A stretch of DNA of 64,000 bases, from positions 11,656,001 to 11,720,000 of the forward strand of contig OZ024745.1 in the NCBI GenBank assembly GCA_964016885.1, read 5' to 3'. How positions within the stretch are numbered: position 1 is the stretch's first letter; each line of letters begins with the position of its first letter. The notes below the pieces were generated by a model that saw nothing but the letters and a program-made list of their open reading frames with translations, ran no database searches and was not told the DNA's origin. Both the position numbers and the translations under genes were made by a program. The DNA comes from Eledone cirrhosa (taxonomy: Eukaryota). Shown here piece after piece: positions 1-18,143 of the stretch.

Positions 1-105
1 AAGCCATTCGTCAACACCTAGTTTTCTAAGAGACCACCAGATAATGGAACGGGGGACTCTGTCGAAGGCTTTCTCCAAGTCGACGAAAGCTAAGTATAGG
101 GGTTT
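1..105 (-). pseudogene. RTE-type non-LTR retrotransposon reverse transcriptase fragment (runs off window start)
   Basis: Manual minus-strand translation KPLYLAFVDLEKAFDRVPRSIIWWSLRKLGVDEWL contains the non-LTR RT motif FVDLEKAFD; its 5' end is truncated at a (TA)n tract. Confidence 0.85.
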
Positions 106-204
106 ACTATATATATATATATATATATATATCATTTAGTAATATAGAAAGCTAAGTATAGGGGTTTACTATATATATATATATATATATATATATCATT
201 TAGT

Positions 205-380
205 AATATAGAAATAGCTTCTACAGGACTAGAACTGTTTCATTCAAAAGAAATCACCAGGAAAGCTTTCGTGGTGATTTCTTTGGAATGAAAGAAGGCA
301 TTTCTATATCAAACATGATGTTTACACTCTAATAATGTATTGAATACTTTACTTACTGTGGTTACGGCGTTTTGAATCCG
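205..380. mobile_element. Degenerate fold-back hammerhead element, family B
   Basis: Inverted arms centred on gaaagctttc (261-270); arm and 3' tail are similar to 17988-18126 and 24336-24472. Confidence 0.65.
216..267 (-). ncRNA. Type I hammerhead motif with mutated core (CTGGTGA)
   Basis: Minus strand: agctttc CTGGTGA tttcttttgaat GAAA cagttctagtcctg TA gaagct. Confidence 0.6.
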
Positions 381-529
<149 letters not shown>

Positions 530-825
530 TATCCATATATATATCCATATATATATCCATATATATATACATATATATATATATCACCACCTTTTAAAAC
601 AAGATTATTTTAGACTAAACGCCAGCATCAACAGTTTTGCTAGAGTGGATGACATGAATGACCTGTTTTTTTCTCAAAATTTTTTTTTCTTTCGTTTTCA
701 CCCCTGCCCGACTCCTCAACCTTTCTATTTTTTCTTTAATTAAGTAGTCAATGTCACGGCGACGCAAACTTTCAATTTCAATTTCTAAAAATACATAAAA
801 ACATATATGTCTGTGTGTCTGTGTC

Positions 826-856
<31 letters not shown>

Positions 857-979
857 ACACACATAGACACACACACAATATATATATATATATACATATT
901 GTGTGTGTGTCTGTGTGTATATATATATGTGTGTGTGCGTGTGTGTGTGTATATCCAATACCAATGATATATATATACA

Positions 980-1119
980 GGAAAGTGTATGTCCCCGACG
1001 GCAGAGCTCAAGCCGTTTGGACGGCTATTTCTGTTTTCCTATTACCCCACTCTACTACCCTAAGTATTGAGTACTCTGGTGCGTTATGGTCCATCAGGTT
1101 CCTTACCACAACTCATTCG

Positions 1120-1122
<3 letters not shown>
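980..1122. mobile_element. Rearranged fragment of fold-back family C (homologous to 2622-2822)
   Basis: Shares ccccgacggcagagctcaagccg and the reverse complement of the 2622-2705 tail; bounded by (TA)n. Confidence 0.7.
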
Positions 1123-1175
<53 letters not shown>

Positions 1176-1178
<3 letters not shown>

Positions 1179-1510
1179 GAGGTTATATTTAATTTGTTGG
1201 GATTCAACGAGCTTAAACATTTTTATAACTTATATAAAGCACTCAACAATGGAGTAAATACACAATATATTAATAAATGGAAACTATATTTATAAAACCA
1301 TATTTATTTTAATATACATATTTCAAGGGCAAACCAAGACAAATTATGGTGTCGCTTTCATCAGATAAAATACAGATTTGTTTTATAAATAAATATTGAC
1401 ATACCCGGAAAAAAGAGAACCTTAACGGTTGGAGCTTCCTGGATAGTGACTATCCAGGAAGCTCCAACCCTTAAGGTTGTCTTATAGTTTCCATTTATTA
1501 ATAAAATTGT
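1176..1510. mobile_element. Fold-back hammerhead element, family A, right arm internally deleted
   Basis: Near-identical to 32665-33184 and 27512-27768; palindrome at about 1418-1478 centred on ggatagtgactatcc; (TA)n on both sides. Confidence 0.8.
1307..1370 (-). ncRNA. Type I hammerhead ribozyme motif
   Basis: Minus strand: ttttat CTGATGA aagcgacacc..ggtttgccctt GAAA tatgta TA ttaaaa (one stem I mismatch). Confidence 0.7.
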
Positions 1511-1525
1511 ATATATATATATTTA

Positions 1526-1576
<51 letters not shown>

Positions 1577-1589
1577 ATGTGAGTGAGTA

Positions 1590-1710
1590 AATAACATCGG
1601 ATAGAAGACTTTGCGGTATTCAAATTCCGCCGAAGTCAACTTTGCCTTTCACTCTTTCGATGTCGATAAAAAAGTACCAGTCTACTACTGGGGTTGATTC
1701 TTCCTCTATA
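1590..1710 (+). mobile_element. Degenerate tRNA-derived SINE fragment
   Basis: ttcaaattccgccgaagtcaactttgcctttca...gtcgataaaaaagtaccagt matches the SINE core at 17345-17410. Confidence 0.75.
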
Positions 1711-1711
1711 C

Positions 1712-1817
<106 letters not shown>

Positions 1818-1877
1818 TATAATATTATAATGAAATGACAGGAGACTGGACTGGTGTAAATCCTTGAAAGGTTTATT

Positions 1878-1935
1878 ATACTATGATCATTTCAATGACC
1901 GGGTTCCGTATGAATCCGGTGATATCATCAGGTAT
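1878..1935 (-). ncRNA. Type I hammerhead ribozyme motif (mirror copy)
   Basis: Reverse complement of 2149-2206. Confidence 0.8.
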
Positions 1936-2148
1936 TCGGAATATAATACGTGAATGTAATAGATAAAATCATGGGGCTGAAAATCGAGGACTCGTTTATC
2001 TGACCGGTAGTAGCTCACTGTAAATTTTAGCCACGTCACTCTGAGGGCGAACCGGCTGAGGTTGAAGGAGCAGGATAGCGGTCGCCCTCGGGTCCTCGAT
2101 TTTCAGCCCCATGGATTTTATCTATTACATTCACGTATTATATTCCGA

Positions 2149-2206
2149 ATACCTGATGATATCACCGGATTCATACGGAACCCGGTCATTGAAATGATCA
2201 TAGTAT
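2149..2206 (+). ncRNA. Type I hammerhead ribozyme motif
   Basis: atac CTGATGA t-atc-accgg..ccggt-cat-t GAAA tgatca TA gtat, followed by aataaa; stem III is palindromic. Confidence 0.85.
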
Positions 2207-2299
2207 AATAAACCTTTCAAGGATTTACACCAGTCCAGCCTCCTGTCATTTCATTATAATATTTAGCTCCGTAATTACACCACCAACTACAAAAACAGA

Positions 2300-3066
<767 letters not shown>

Positions 3067-3241
3067 TTTTTTTTGTTTCTTAATTGTTAAAACAGAATCC
3101 GATTCCTCAACTAATCTGCCATGGCTTACTAGCTCTACACGAATGTTGAAGTTGATTAAATTGATTAATAAATATATCTCGTAAACATTCAGATATTAAA
3201 CACTTTATGTTTGATGCATATATATATATATGTGTGTGTAT

Positions 3242-3283
<42 letters not shown>

Positions 3284-3803
3284 ATATATGTGTGTGTATA
3301 TGTGTATGTGTTTATATATATATATATATAGTGTGTAGTGTGTGTGGTGGGGGGGGGGGAGAAATCTGCTGCATTAAGACCTGGAGAGGAGATGGGCTCT
3401 TTCAGGCTTAACATGCCCAACAAACGCTGTATGCCACTGCGACTTTCGTGAGACTTCATACCATACGATACTCTTTGTGACAAATCAGCTAACATCTACA
3501 CCTAAGACCCATGAAAAACACCAAATCATACAGCAAAAACTGAGTATACATGTGGAAATATGAATATAAGAAGGTAAGAAACTTTATGGTGGTAATAAAA
3601 CCAACTGAAAATGTAATGAGAATGAACGATGTTTGTTGATAGACTGAAGAGCCGGGATATATTTTGATAAGACATCGGGACAAACAAAAGATCTGCTGAA
3701 AGACAAATTGTATCAGTTCACCAGTAAATGGCCTCAAACATCTGAAGAAATATGGGAAAGAGATAGATTTTGTAGCGGACAGGTCAAAGCTGGTGTATAT
3801 AAT

Positions 3804-3970
<167 letters not shown>

Positions 3971-4087
3971 CCCCCTCCCCCTCCCCCACCCCACACCTCT
4001 CTCTCAAAATATATATATGATATAAAGTTATTATACACGCAGGCAAGCATGGGAAAAAGTGGACATAAACCAGACACCCCACCCCAT

Positions 4088-4124
<37 letters not shown>

Positions 4125-4127
4125 CTG

Positions 4128-4179
<52 letters not shown>

Positions 4180-4182
4180 CTG

Positions 4183-4245
<63 letters not shown>

Positions 4246-4394
4246 GCTAAGAATAGCATTTTCCAATATCCATTCTAGATATGTGATTAGATAGTATCGA
4301 TTGCATTCATTCAATTGAATCTTATATTTTCGTTGTTCAATGTTTTTACTGCATTTCAGGCAGATTTTAGTGAAGTTAGCTAAATGTTGTCATA

Positions 4395-7300
4395 GAAACA
4401 CTGGCTACACTATTGCTCTTTCATGGTGTGCTGGGTGTAACACTGGCTACACTATTGCTCTTTCATGGTGTGCTGGGTGTAACACTGGCTACACTATTGC
4501 TCTTTCATGGTGTGCTGGGTGTAACACTGGCTACACTATTGCTCTTTCATGGTGTGCTGGGTGTAACACTGGCTACACTATTGCTCTTTCATGGTGTGCT
4601 GGGTGTAACACTGGCTACACTATTGCTCTTTCATGGTGTGCTGGGGGAAACACTGGCTACACTATTGCTCTTTCATGGTGTGCTGGGTGTAACACTGGCT
4701 ACACTATTGCTCTTTCATGGTGTGCTGGGTGTAACACTGGCTACACTATTGCTCTTTCATGGTGTGCTGGGTGTAACACTGGCTACACTATTGCTCTTTC
4801 ATGGTGTGCTGGGGGAAACACTGGCTACACTATTGCTCTTTCATGGTGTGCTGGGTGTAACACTGGCTACACTATTGCTCTTTCATGGTGTGCTGGGTGT
4901 AACACTGGCTACACTATTGCTCTTTCATGGTGTGCTGGGTGTAACACTGGCTACACTATTGCTCTTTCATGGTGTGCTGGGTGTAACACTGTCTACACTA
5001 TTGCTCTTTCATGGTGTGCTGGGTGTAACACACACTATTGCTCTTTCATGGTGTGCTGGGTGTAACACTGGCTACACTATTGCTCTTTCATGGTGTGCTG
5101 GGTGTAACACTGGCTACACTATTGCTCTTTCATGGTGTGCTGGGTGTAACACTGGCTACACTATTGCTCTTTCATGGTGTGCTGGGGGAAACACTGGCTA
5201 CACTATTGCTCTTTCATGGTGTGCTGGGTGTAACACTGGCTACACTATTGCTCTTTCATGGTGTGCTGGGTGTAACACTGGCTACACTATTGCTCTTTCA
5301 TGGTGTGCTGGGTGTAACACTGGCTACACTATTGCTCTTTCATGGTGTGCTGGGTGTAACACTGGCTACACTATTGCTCTTTCATGGTGTGCTGGGTGTA
5401 ACACTGGCTACACTATTGCTCTTTCATGGTGTGCTGGGGGAAACACTGGCTACACTATTGCTCTTTCATGGTGTGCTGGGTGTAACACTGGCTACACTAT
5501 TGCTCTTTCATGGTGTGCTGGGTGTAACACTGGCTACACTATTGCTCTTTCATGGTGTGCTGGGTGTAACACTGGCTACACTATTGCTCTTTCATGGTGT
5601 GCTGGGTGTAACACTGGCTACACTATTGCTCTTTCATGGTGTGCTGGGTGTAACACTGGCTACACTATTGCTCTTTCATGGTGTGCTGGGGGAAACACTG
5701 GCTACACTATTGCTCTTTCATGGTGTGCTGGGTGTAACACTGGCTACACTATTGCTCTTTCATGGTGTGCTGGGTGTAACACTGGCTACACTATTGCTCT
5801 TTCATGGTGTGCTGGGGGAAACACTGGCTACACTATTGCTCTTTCATGGTGTGCTGGGTGTAACACTGGCTACACTATTGCTCTTTCATGGTGTGCTGGG
5901 GGAAACACTGGCTACACTATTGCTCTTTCATGGTGGGCTGGGTGTAACACTGGCTACACTATTGCTCTTTCATGGTGTGCTGGGTGTAACACTGGCTACA
6001 CTATTGCTCTTTCATGGTGTGCTGGGTGTAACACTGGCTACACTATTGCTCTTTCATGGTGTGCTGGGTGTAACACTGGCTACACTATTGCTCTTTCATG
6101 GTGTGCTGGGTGTAACACTGGCTACACTATTGCTCTTTCATGGTGTGCTGGGGAAACACTGGCTACACTATTGCTCTTTCATGGTGTGCTGGGTGTAACA
6201 CTGGCTACACTATTGCTCTTTCATGGTGTGCTGGGTGTAACACTGGCTACACTATTGCTCTTTCATGGTGTGCTGGTGTAACACTGGCTACACTATTGCT
6301 CTTTCATGGTGTGCTGGGTGTAACACTGGCTACACTATTGCTCTTTCATGGTGTGCTGGGTGTAACACTGGCTACACTATTGCTCTTTCATGGTGTGCTG
6401 GGTGTAACACTGGCTACACTATTGCTCTTTCATGGTGTGCTGGGTGTAACACTGGCTACACTATTGCTCTTTCATGGTGTGCTGGGTGTAACACTGGCTA
6501 CACTATTGCTCTTTCATGGTGTGCTGGGTGTAACACTGGCTACACTATTGCTCTTTCATGGTGTGCTGGGTGTAACACTGGCTACACTACTGCTCTTTCA
6601 TGGTGTGCTGGGTGTAACACTGGCTACACTACTGCTCTTTCATGGTGTGCTGGGTGTAACACTGGCTACACTATTGCTCTTTCATGGTGTGCTGGGTGTA
6701 ACACTGGCTACACTATTGCTCTTTCATGTTGTGCTGGGGGAAACACTGGCTACACTATTGCTCTTTCATGGTGTGCTGGGTGTAACACTGGCTACACTAT
6801 TGCTCTTTCATGGTGTGCTGGGTGTAACACTGGCTACACTATTGCTCTTTCATGGTGTGCTGGGTGTAACACTGGCTACACTATTGCTCTTTCATGGTGT
6901 GCTGGGGGAAACACTGGCTACACTATTGCTCTTTCATGGTGTGCTGGGTGTAACACTGGCTACACTATTGCTCTTTCATGGTGTGCTGGGTGTAACACTG
7001 GCTACACTATTGCTCTTTCATGGTGTGCTGGTGTAACACTGGCTACACTATTGCTCTTTCATGGTGTGCTGGGTGTAACACTGGCTACACTATTGCTCTT
7101 TCATGGTGTGCTGGGGGAAACACTGGCTACACTATTGCTCTTTCATGGTGTGCTGGGGGAAACACTGGCTACACTATTGCTCTTTCATGGTGTGCTGGGT
7201 GTAACACTGGCTACACTATTGCTCTTTCATGGTGTGCTGGGTGTAACACTGGCTACACTATTGCTCTTTCATGGTGTGCTGGGTGTAACACTGGCTACAC

Positions 7301-10300
7301 TATTGCTCTTTCATGGTGTGCTGGGTGTAACACTGGCTACACTATTGCTCTTTCATGGTGTGCTGGGTGTAACACTGGCTACACTATTGCTCTTTCATGG
7401 TGTGCTGGGGGAAACACTGGCTACACTATTGCTCTTTCATGGTGTGCTGGGTGTAACACTGGCTACACTATTGCTCTTTCATGGTGTGCTGGGTGTAACA
7501 CTGGCTACACTATTGCTCTTTCATGGTGTGCTGGGTGTAACACTGGCTACACTATTGCTCTTTCATGGTGTGCTGGGTGTAACACTGGCTACACTATTGC
7601 TCTTTCATGGTGTGCTGGGTGTAATACTGGCTACACTATTGCTCTTTCATGGTGTGCTGGGTGTAACACTGGCTACACTATTGCTCTTTCATGGTGTGCT
7701 GGGGGAAACACTGGCTACACTATTGCTCTTTCATGGTGTGCTGGGTGTAATACTGGCTACACTATTGCTCTTTCATGGTGTGCTGGGTGTAACACTCGCT
7801 ACACTATTGCTCTTTCATGGTGTGCTGGGTGTAACACTGGCTACACTATTGCTCTTTCATGGTGTGCTGGGTGTAATACTGGCTACACTATTGCTCTTTC
7901 ATGGTGTGCTGGGTGTAACACTGGCTACACTATTGCTCTTTCATGGTGTGCTGGGTGTAACACTGGCTACACTATTGCTCTTTCATGGTGTGCTGGGTGT
8001 AACACTGGCTACACTATTGCTCTTTCATGGTGTGCTGGGTGTAACACTGGCTACACTATTGCTCTTTCATGGTGTGCTGCGTGTAACACTGGCTACACTA
8101 TTGCTCTTTCATGGTGTGCTGGGTGTAATACTGGCTACACTATTGCTCTTTCATGGTGTGCTGGGTGTAACACTGGCTACACTATTGCTCTTTCATGGTG
8201 TGCTGGGGGAAACACTGGCTACACTATTGCTCTTTCATGGTGTGCTGGGTGTAATACTGGCTACACTATTGCTCTTTCATGGTGTGCTGGGTGTAACACT
8301 GGCTACACTATTGCTCTTTCATGGTGTGCTGGGGGAAACACTGGCTACACTATTGCTCTTTCATGGTGTGCTGCGTGTAACACTGGCTACACTATTGCTC
8401 TTTCATGGTGTGCTGGGTGTAATACTGGCTACACTATTGCTCTTTCATGGTGTGCTGGGTGTAACACTGGCTACACTATTGCTCTTTCATGGTGTGCTGG
8501 GTGTAACACTGGCTACACTATTGCTCTTTCATGGTGTGCTGGGGGAAACACTGGCTACACTATTGCTCTTTCATGGTGTGCTGGGGGAAACACTGGCTAC
8601 ACTATTGCTCTTTCATGGTGTGCTGGGTGTAACACTGGCTACACTACTGCTCTTTCATGGTGTGCTGGGGGAAACACTGGCTACACTATTGCTCTTTCAT
8701 GGTGTGCTGGGGGAAACACTGGCTACACTATTGCTCTTTCATGGTGTGCTGGGTGTAACACTGGCTACACTATTGCTCTTTCATGGTGTGCTGGGTGTAA
8801 CACTGGCTACACTATTGCTCTTTCATGGTGTGCTGGGTGTAACACTGGCTACACTATTGCTCTTTCATGGTGTGCTGGGTGTAACACTGGCTACACTATT
8901 GCTCTTTCATGGTGTGCTGGGGGAAACACTGGCTACACTATTGCTCTTTCATGGTGTGCTGGGTGTAACACTGGCTACACTATTGCTCTTTGATGGTGTG
9001 CTGGGGGAAACACTGGCTACACTATTGCTCTTTCATGGTGTGCTGGGTGTAACACTGGCTACACTATTGCTCTTTCATGGTGTGCTGGGTGTAACACTGG
9101 CTACACTATTGCTCTTTCATGGTGTGCTGGGGGAAACACTGGCTACACTATTGCTCTTTCATGGTGTGCTGGGTGTAACACTGGCTACACTATTGCTCTT
9201 TCATGGTGTGCTGGGGGAAACACTGGCTACACTATTGCTCTCTCATGGTGTGCTGGGTGTAACACTGGCTACACTATTGCTCTTTCATGGTGTGCTGGGG
9301 GAAACACTGGCTACACTATTGCTCTTTCATGGTGTGCTGGGGGAAACACTGGCTACACTATTGCTCTTTCATGGTGTGCTGGGGGAAACACTGGCTACAC
9401 TATTGCTCTTTCATGGTGTGCTGGGTGTAACACTGGCTACACTATTGCTCTTTCATGGTGTGCTGGGTGTAACACTGGCTACACTATTGCTCTTTCATGG
9501 TGTGCTGGGGGAAACACTGGCTACACTATTGCTCTTTCATGGTGTGCTGGGGGAAACACTGGCTACACTATTGCTCTTTCATGGTGTGCTGGGGGAAACA
9601 CTGGCTACACTATTGCTCTTTCATGGTGTGCTGGGGGAAACACTGGCTACACTATTGCTCTTTCATGGTGTGCTGGGGGAAACACTGGCTACACTATTGC
9701 TCTTTCATGGTGTGCTGGGGGAAACACTGGCTACACTATTGCTCTTTCATGGTGTGCTGGGGGAAACACTGGCTACACTATTGCTCTCTCATGGTGTGCT
9801 GGGTGTAACACTGGCTACACTATTGCTCTTTCATGGTGTGCTGGGTGTAACACTGGCTACACTATTGCTCTTTCATGGTGTGCTTGGGGAAACACTGGCT
9901 ACACTATTGCTCTTTCATGGTGTGCTGGGTGTAACACTGGCTACACTATTGCTCTTTCATGGTGTGCTGGGTGTAACACTGGCTACACTACTGCTCTTTC
10001 ATGGTGTGCTGGGTGTAACACTGGCTACACTATTGCTCTTTCATGGTGTGCTGGGGGAAACACTGGCTACACTATTGCTCTTTCATGGTGTGCTGGGGGA
10101 AACACTGGCTACACTATTGCTCTTTCATGGTGTGCTGGGGGAAACACTGGCTACACTATTGCTCTTTCATGGTGTGCTGGGTGTAACACTGGCTACACTA
10201 TTGCTCTTTCATGGTGTGCTGGGTGTAACACTGGCTACACTATTGCTCTTTCATGGTGTGCTGGGGGAAACACTGGCTACACTATTGCTCTTTCATGGTG

Positions 10301-12482
10301 TGCTGGGGGAAACACTGGCTACACTATTGCTCTTTCATGGTGTGCTGGGGGAAACACTGGCTACACTATTGCTCTTTCATGGTGTGCTGGGGGAAACACT
10401 GGCTACACTATTGCTCTTTCATGGTGTGCTGGGGGAAACACTGGCTACACTATTGCTCTTTCATGGTGTGCTGGGTGTAACACTGGCTACACTATTGCTC
10501 TTTCATGGTGTGCTGGGGGAAACACTGGCTACACTATTGCTCTTTCATGGTGTGCTGGGTGTAACACTGGCTACACTATTGCTCTTTCATGGTGTGCTGG
10601 GTGTAACACTGGCTACACTATTGCTCTTTCATGGTGTGCTTGGGGAAACACTGGCTACACTATTGCTCTTTCATGGTGTGCTGGGTGTAACACTGGCTAC
10701 ACTATTGCTCTTTCATGGTGTGCTGGGTGTAACACTGGCTACACTACTGCTCTTTCATGGTGTGCTGGGTGTAACACTGGCTACACTATTGCTCTTTCAT
10801 GGTGTGCTGGGGGAAACACTGGCTACACTATTGCTCTTTCATGGTGTGCTGGGGGAAACACTGGCTACACTATTGCTCTTTCATGGTGTGCTGGGGGAAA
10901 CACTGGCTACACTATTGCTCTTTCATGGTGTGCTGGGTGTAACACTGGCTACACTATTGCTCTTTCATGGTGTGCTGGGTGTAACACTGGCTACACTATT
11001 GCTCTTTCATGGTGTGCTTGGGGAAACACTGGCTACACTATTGCTCTTTCATGGTGTGCTGGGTGTAACACTGGCTACACTATTGCTCTTTCATGGTGTG
11101 CTGGGGGAAACACTGGCTACACTATTGCTCTTTCATGGTGTGCTGGGTGTAACACTGGCTACACTATTGCTCTTTCATGGTGTGCTGGGTGTAACACTGG
11201 CTACACTATTGCTCTTTCATGGTGTGCTGGGGGAAACACTGGCTACACTATTGCTCTTTCATGGTGTGCTGGGTGTAACACTGGCTACACTATTGCTCTT
11301 TCATGGTGTGCTGGGTGTAACACTGGCTACACTATTGCTCTTTCATGGTGTGCTGGGTGTAACACTGGCTACACTATTGCTCTTTCATGGTGTGCTGGGT
11401 GTAACACTGGCTACACTATTGCTCTTTCATGCTGTGCTGGGTGTAACACTGGCTACACTACTGCTCTTTCATGGTGTGCTGGGTGTAACACTGGCTACAC
11501 TATTGCTCTTTCATGGTGTGCTGGGTGTAACACTGGCTACACTATTGCTCTTTCATGGTGTGCTGGGTGTAACACTCGCTACACTATTGCTCTTTCATGT
11601 TGTGCTGGGGGAAACACTGGCTACACTATTGCTCTTTCATGGTGTGCTGGGTGTAACACTGGCTACACTATTGCTCTTTCATGGTGTGCTGGGGGAAACA
11701 CTGGCTACACTATTGCTCTTTCATGGTGTGCTGGGTGTAACACTGGCTACACTATTGCTCTTTCATGGTGTGCTGGGTGTAACACTGGCTACACTATTGC
11801 TCTTTCATGGTGTGCTGGGTGTAACACTGGCTACACTATTGCTCTTTCATGGTGTGCTGGGTGTAACACTGGCTACACTATTGCTCTTTCATGGTGTGCT
11901 GGGTGTAACACTGGCTACACTATTGCTCTTTCATGGTGTGCTGGGTGTAACACTGGCTACACTATTGCTCTTTCATGGTGTGCTGGGTGTAACACTGGCT
12001 ACACTACTGCTCTTTCATGGTGTGCTGGGTGTAACACTGGCTACACTATTGCTCTTTCATGGTGTGCTGGGTGTAACACTGGCTACACTATTGCTCTTTC
12101 ATGGTGTGCTGGGGGAAACACTGGCTACACTATTGCTCTTTCATGGTGTGCTGGGGGAAACACTGGCTACACTATTGCTCTTTCATGGTGTGCTGGGGGA
12201 AACACTGGCTACACTATTGCTCTTTCATGGTGTGCTGGGGGAAACACTGGCTACACTATTGCTCTTTCATGGTGTGCTGGGGGAAACACTGGCTACACTA
12301 TTGCTCTTTCATGGTGTGCTGGGTGTAACACTGGCTACACTATTGCTCTTTCATGGTGTGCTGGGGGAAACACTGGCTACACTATTGCTCTTTCATGGTG
12401 TGCTGGGTGTAACACTGGCTACACTATTGCTCTTTCATGGTGTGCTGGGTGTAACACTGGCTACACTATTGCTCTTTCATGG
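4395..12482. repeat. 42-bp minisatellite/satellite array, about 192 copies
   Basis: Unit aacactggctacactattgctctttcatggtgtgctgggtgt, head-to-tail with no spacers, very homogeneous. Confidence 0.99.
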
Positions 12483-12769
12483 CAACAGTGATTCCTTTGG
12501 AGAGGTTGAACTCACTGTCGGACTAGTGACCGGACGGCTCAATAGAGTCTCTCGCGCTGCTAAACATAGCAGCCATATATCCTCAGTTACACCACTCCTT
12601 CTCTCACTCCGCCATATATTATAGAATATATATTGGATAATGTAATCCATGATTATCGATATTGGAAAAGAAAGTTGATTCATGGTCAGATTGTTTTGAT
12701 TTAGATCAGAGATCGAACAAACTCCACTTGGGATAAACGACAACAACAGCAACTATTATTACAACAAAT

Positions 12770-16781
<4,012 letters not shown>

Positions 16782-17146
16782 CATATCTATCCATATATAT
16801 GAGAAAATGAGGGGTTTTTTTTAAATGAAAAAAAAAAACGATGTCCAACACGAGTGAAAGTATAAGGAAAAAAGATGCAAGAAAAACCAGAAACCCTCCT
16901 TCTCAATTCTACTTTTGAAAAGCATAAGAACTGTGGAACTAGTAAAGGAAACAAATAAATATTCTTAAAAAGACTCCAGTTGCATTTTCGATTTCATCTT
17001 TATTCTATATATATGTATATATAAAACCAAAAGTTTATATCGTTCGCTGATTATTCAACGAATTCAATTTTACAATAGATTAGAAGCACTAGACAGAGAT
17101 TGAAGATTCAAGACCTTACCGGTATGTCGTATAATCTCTTATATAA

Positions 17147-17203
17147 TTTATCTGATGAAAACGTACTGAAACACCATTGTACCTTTGAAATATGAATAAT
17201 AAA
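17147..17203 (+). ncRNA. Type I hammerhead ribozyme motif (family A-related)
   Basis: tttat CTGATGA aaacgtac..gtaccttt GAAA tatgaa TA ataaa. Confidence 0.75.
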
Positions 17204-17268
17204 ATATATACTTTGGTTATGATAATATTTCTCATTTATTAATATTTTGAAAAATATTATATATATAT

Positions 17269-17454
17269 GGTGGATTGGAAGTATCGTTAGAGGGTCGGAC
17301 GCCATGCTTTGCAGCAAAAAAGAGTTATGTCCCTTTATGGTCTGAGTTCAAATCCCGCCGAGGTTAACTTTGCCTTTCATCCTTACGGGGTCGATAAAAT
17401 AAAGTATCAGTAATACACTGGCATAATTGCTCGCCTTGTGCCAAAAGTAGAAGC

Positions 17455-17460
<6 letters not shown>
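17269..17460 (+). mobile_element. tRNA-derived SINE, near full length
   Basis: Box A-like tggaagtatcgttag and box B gagttcaaatcc; near-identical copies at 25966 and 30326. Confidence 0.85.
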
Positions 17461-17492
<32 letters not shown>

Positions 17493-17987
17493 TAAAATAT
17501 TAATAAATGAGAAATATTATCATAACCAAAGTATATATTTTATTATACATATTTCAAAGGTACAATATATATATAATGTGAGTAATATTAAATATTATCC
17601 AATTACAAGTATGAGAATAGCTCAATGTAAAATAACAAGTATATTACAGAGCTGAAATACTTTACAAACAACAATCAAAGAGTGTTTAGAACATTTAATC
17701 ACTTACGATCGTTTCATCCTAGTACAAGACCGCATTCATTACAGTATATAATAAAGGTTGAAACACAAATATAATATCAGAAGTTTGTCATAAGAATATT
17801 AGGAGGATACATAATATGGGAAGTAAGCATAAGTATCAACATTTATATAAGAAAAGATAGCAAAGGCGGAAGAAGATTATGAAAAATATGAGCATATAAA
17901 TGCAATAAAATTAGGAGCAGCTAAAAGCATAAAACATTTTTAAAAATTAAAAGACATGCTACTATAGAGAATATATATATATAGAGA

Positions 17988-18040
17988 GAGATTCCTGATG
18001 ATTTCTAAAGAATGAAACAGTTCTAGTCCTGTAGAATCTC
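17988..18040 (+). ncRNA. Type I hammerhead ribozyme motif (family B; element extends to about 18126)
   Basis: gagattc CTGATGA tttctaaagaat GAAA cag ttctagtc ctg TA gaatctc, with a 7-bp stem I. Confidence 0.85.
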
Positions 18041-18143
18041 ATCTATATTAAAATGTTTTACTCTGCTATGTATTGAGTACCTTACTTACTGCGGTTACCT
18101 CCGATTCAACCTGGAATAACTTACCTATATATATATATATATA

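Larger units (their letters stand above)
1821..2296. mobile_element. Fold-back hammerhead element, family D (arms about 1821-1991 and 2092-2263, extra tail on the right)
   Basis: About 170-bp near-perfect inverted repeat with a 100-bp spacer; (TA)n on the left. Confidence 0.85.

Noticed and set aside
3636-3716. Possible hammerhead: CTGAAGA gc...gct GAAA gacaaattg TA tca
   Set aside because: Stems I and III do not pair cleanly. It may be a decayed copy but is not supportable.
4343-4400. Splice acceptor-like ttttactgcatttcag upstream of the 42-bp array
   Set aside because: No recognisable exon or donor, and insufficient evidence without RNA data.
4340-12624. Long ORFs (up to 2119 aa) of TLATLLLFHGVLGV / NTGYTIALSWCAGC repeats
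   Set aside because: The 42-bp unit is a multiple of 3 and stop-free in two frames. Indels switch frames freely and there is no unique domain, so these are artefacts of the array.
17698-17745. Minus-strand GAAA cgatcg TA half-hammerhead
   Set aside because: No intact CTGANGA box upstream, so it is counted only as a fragment.
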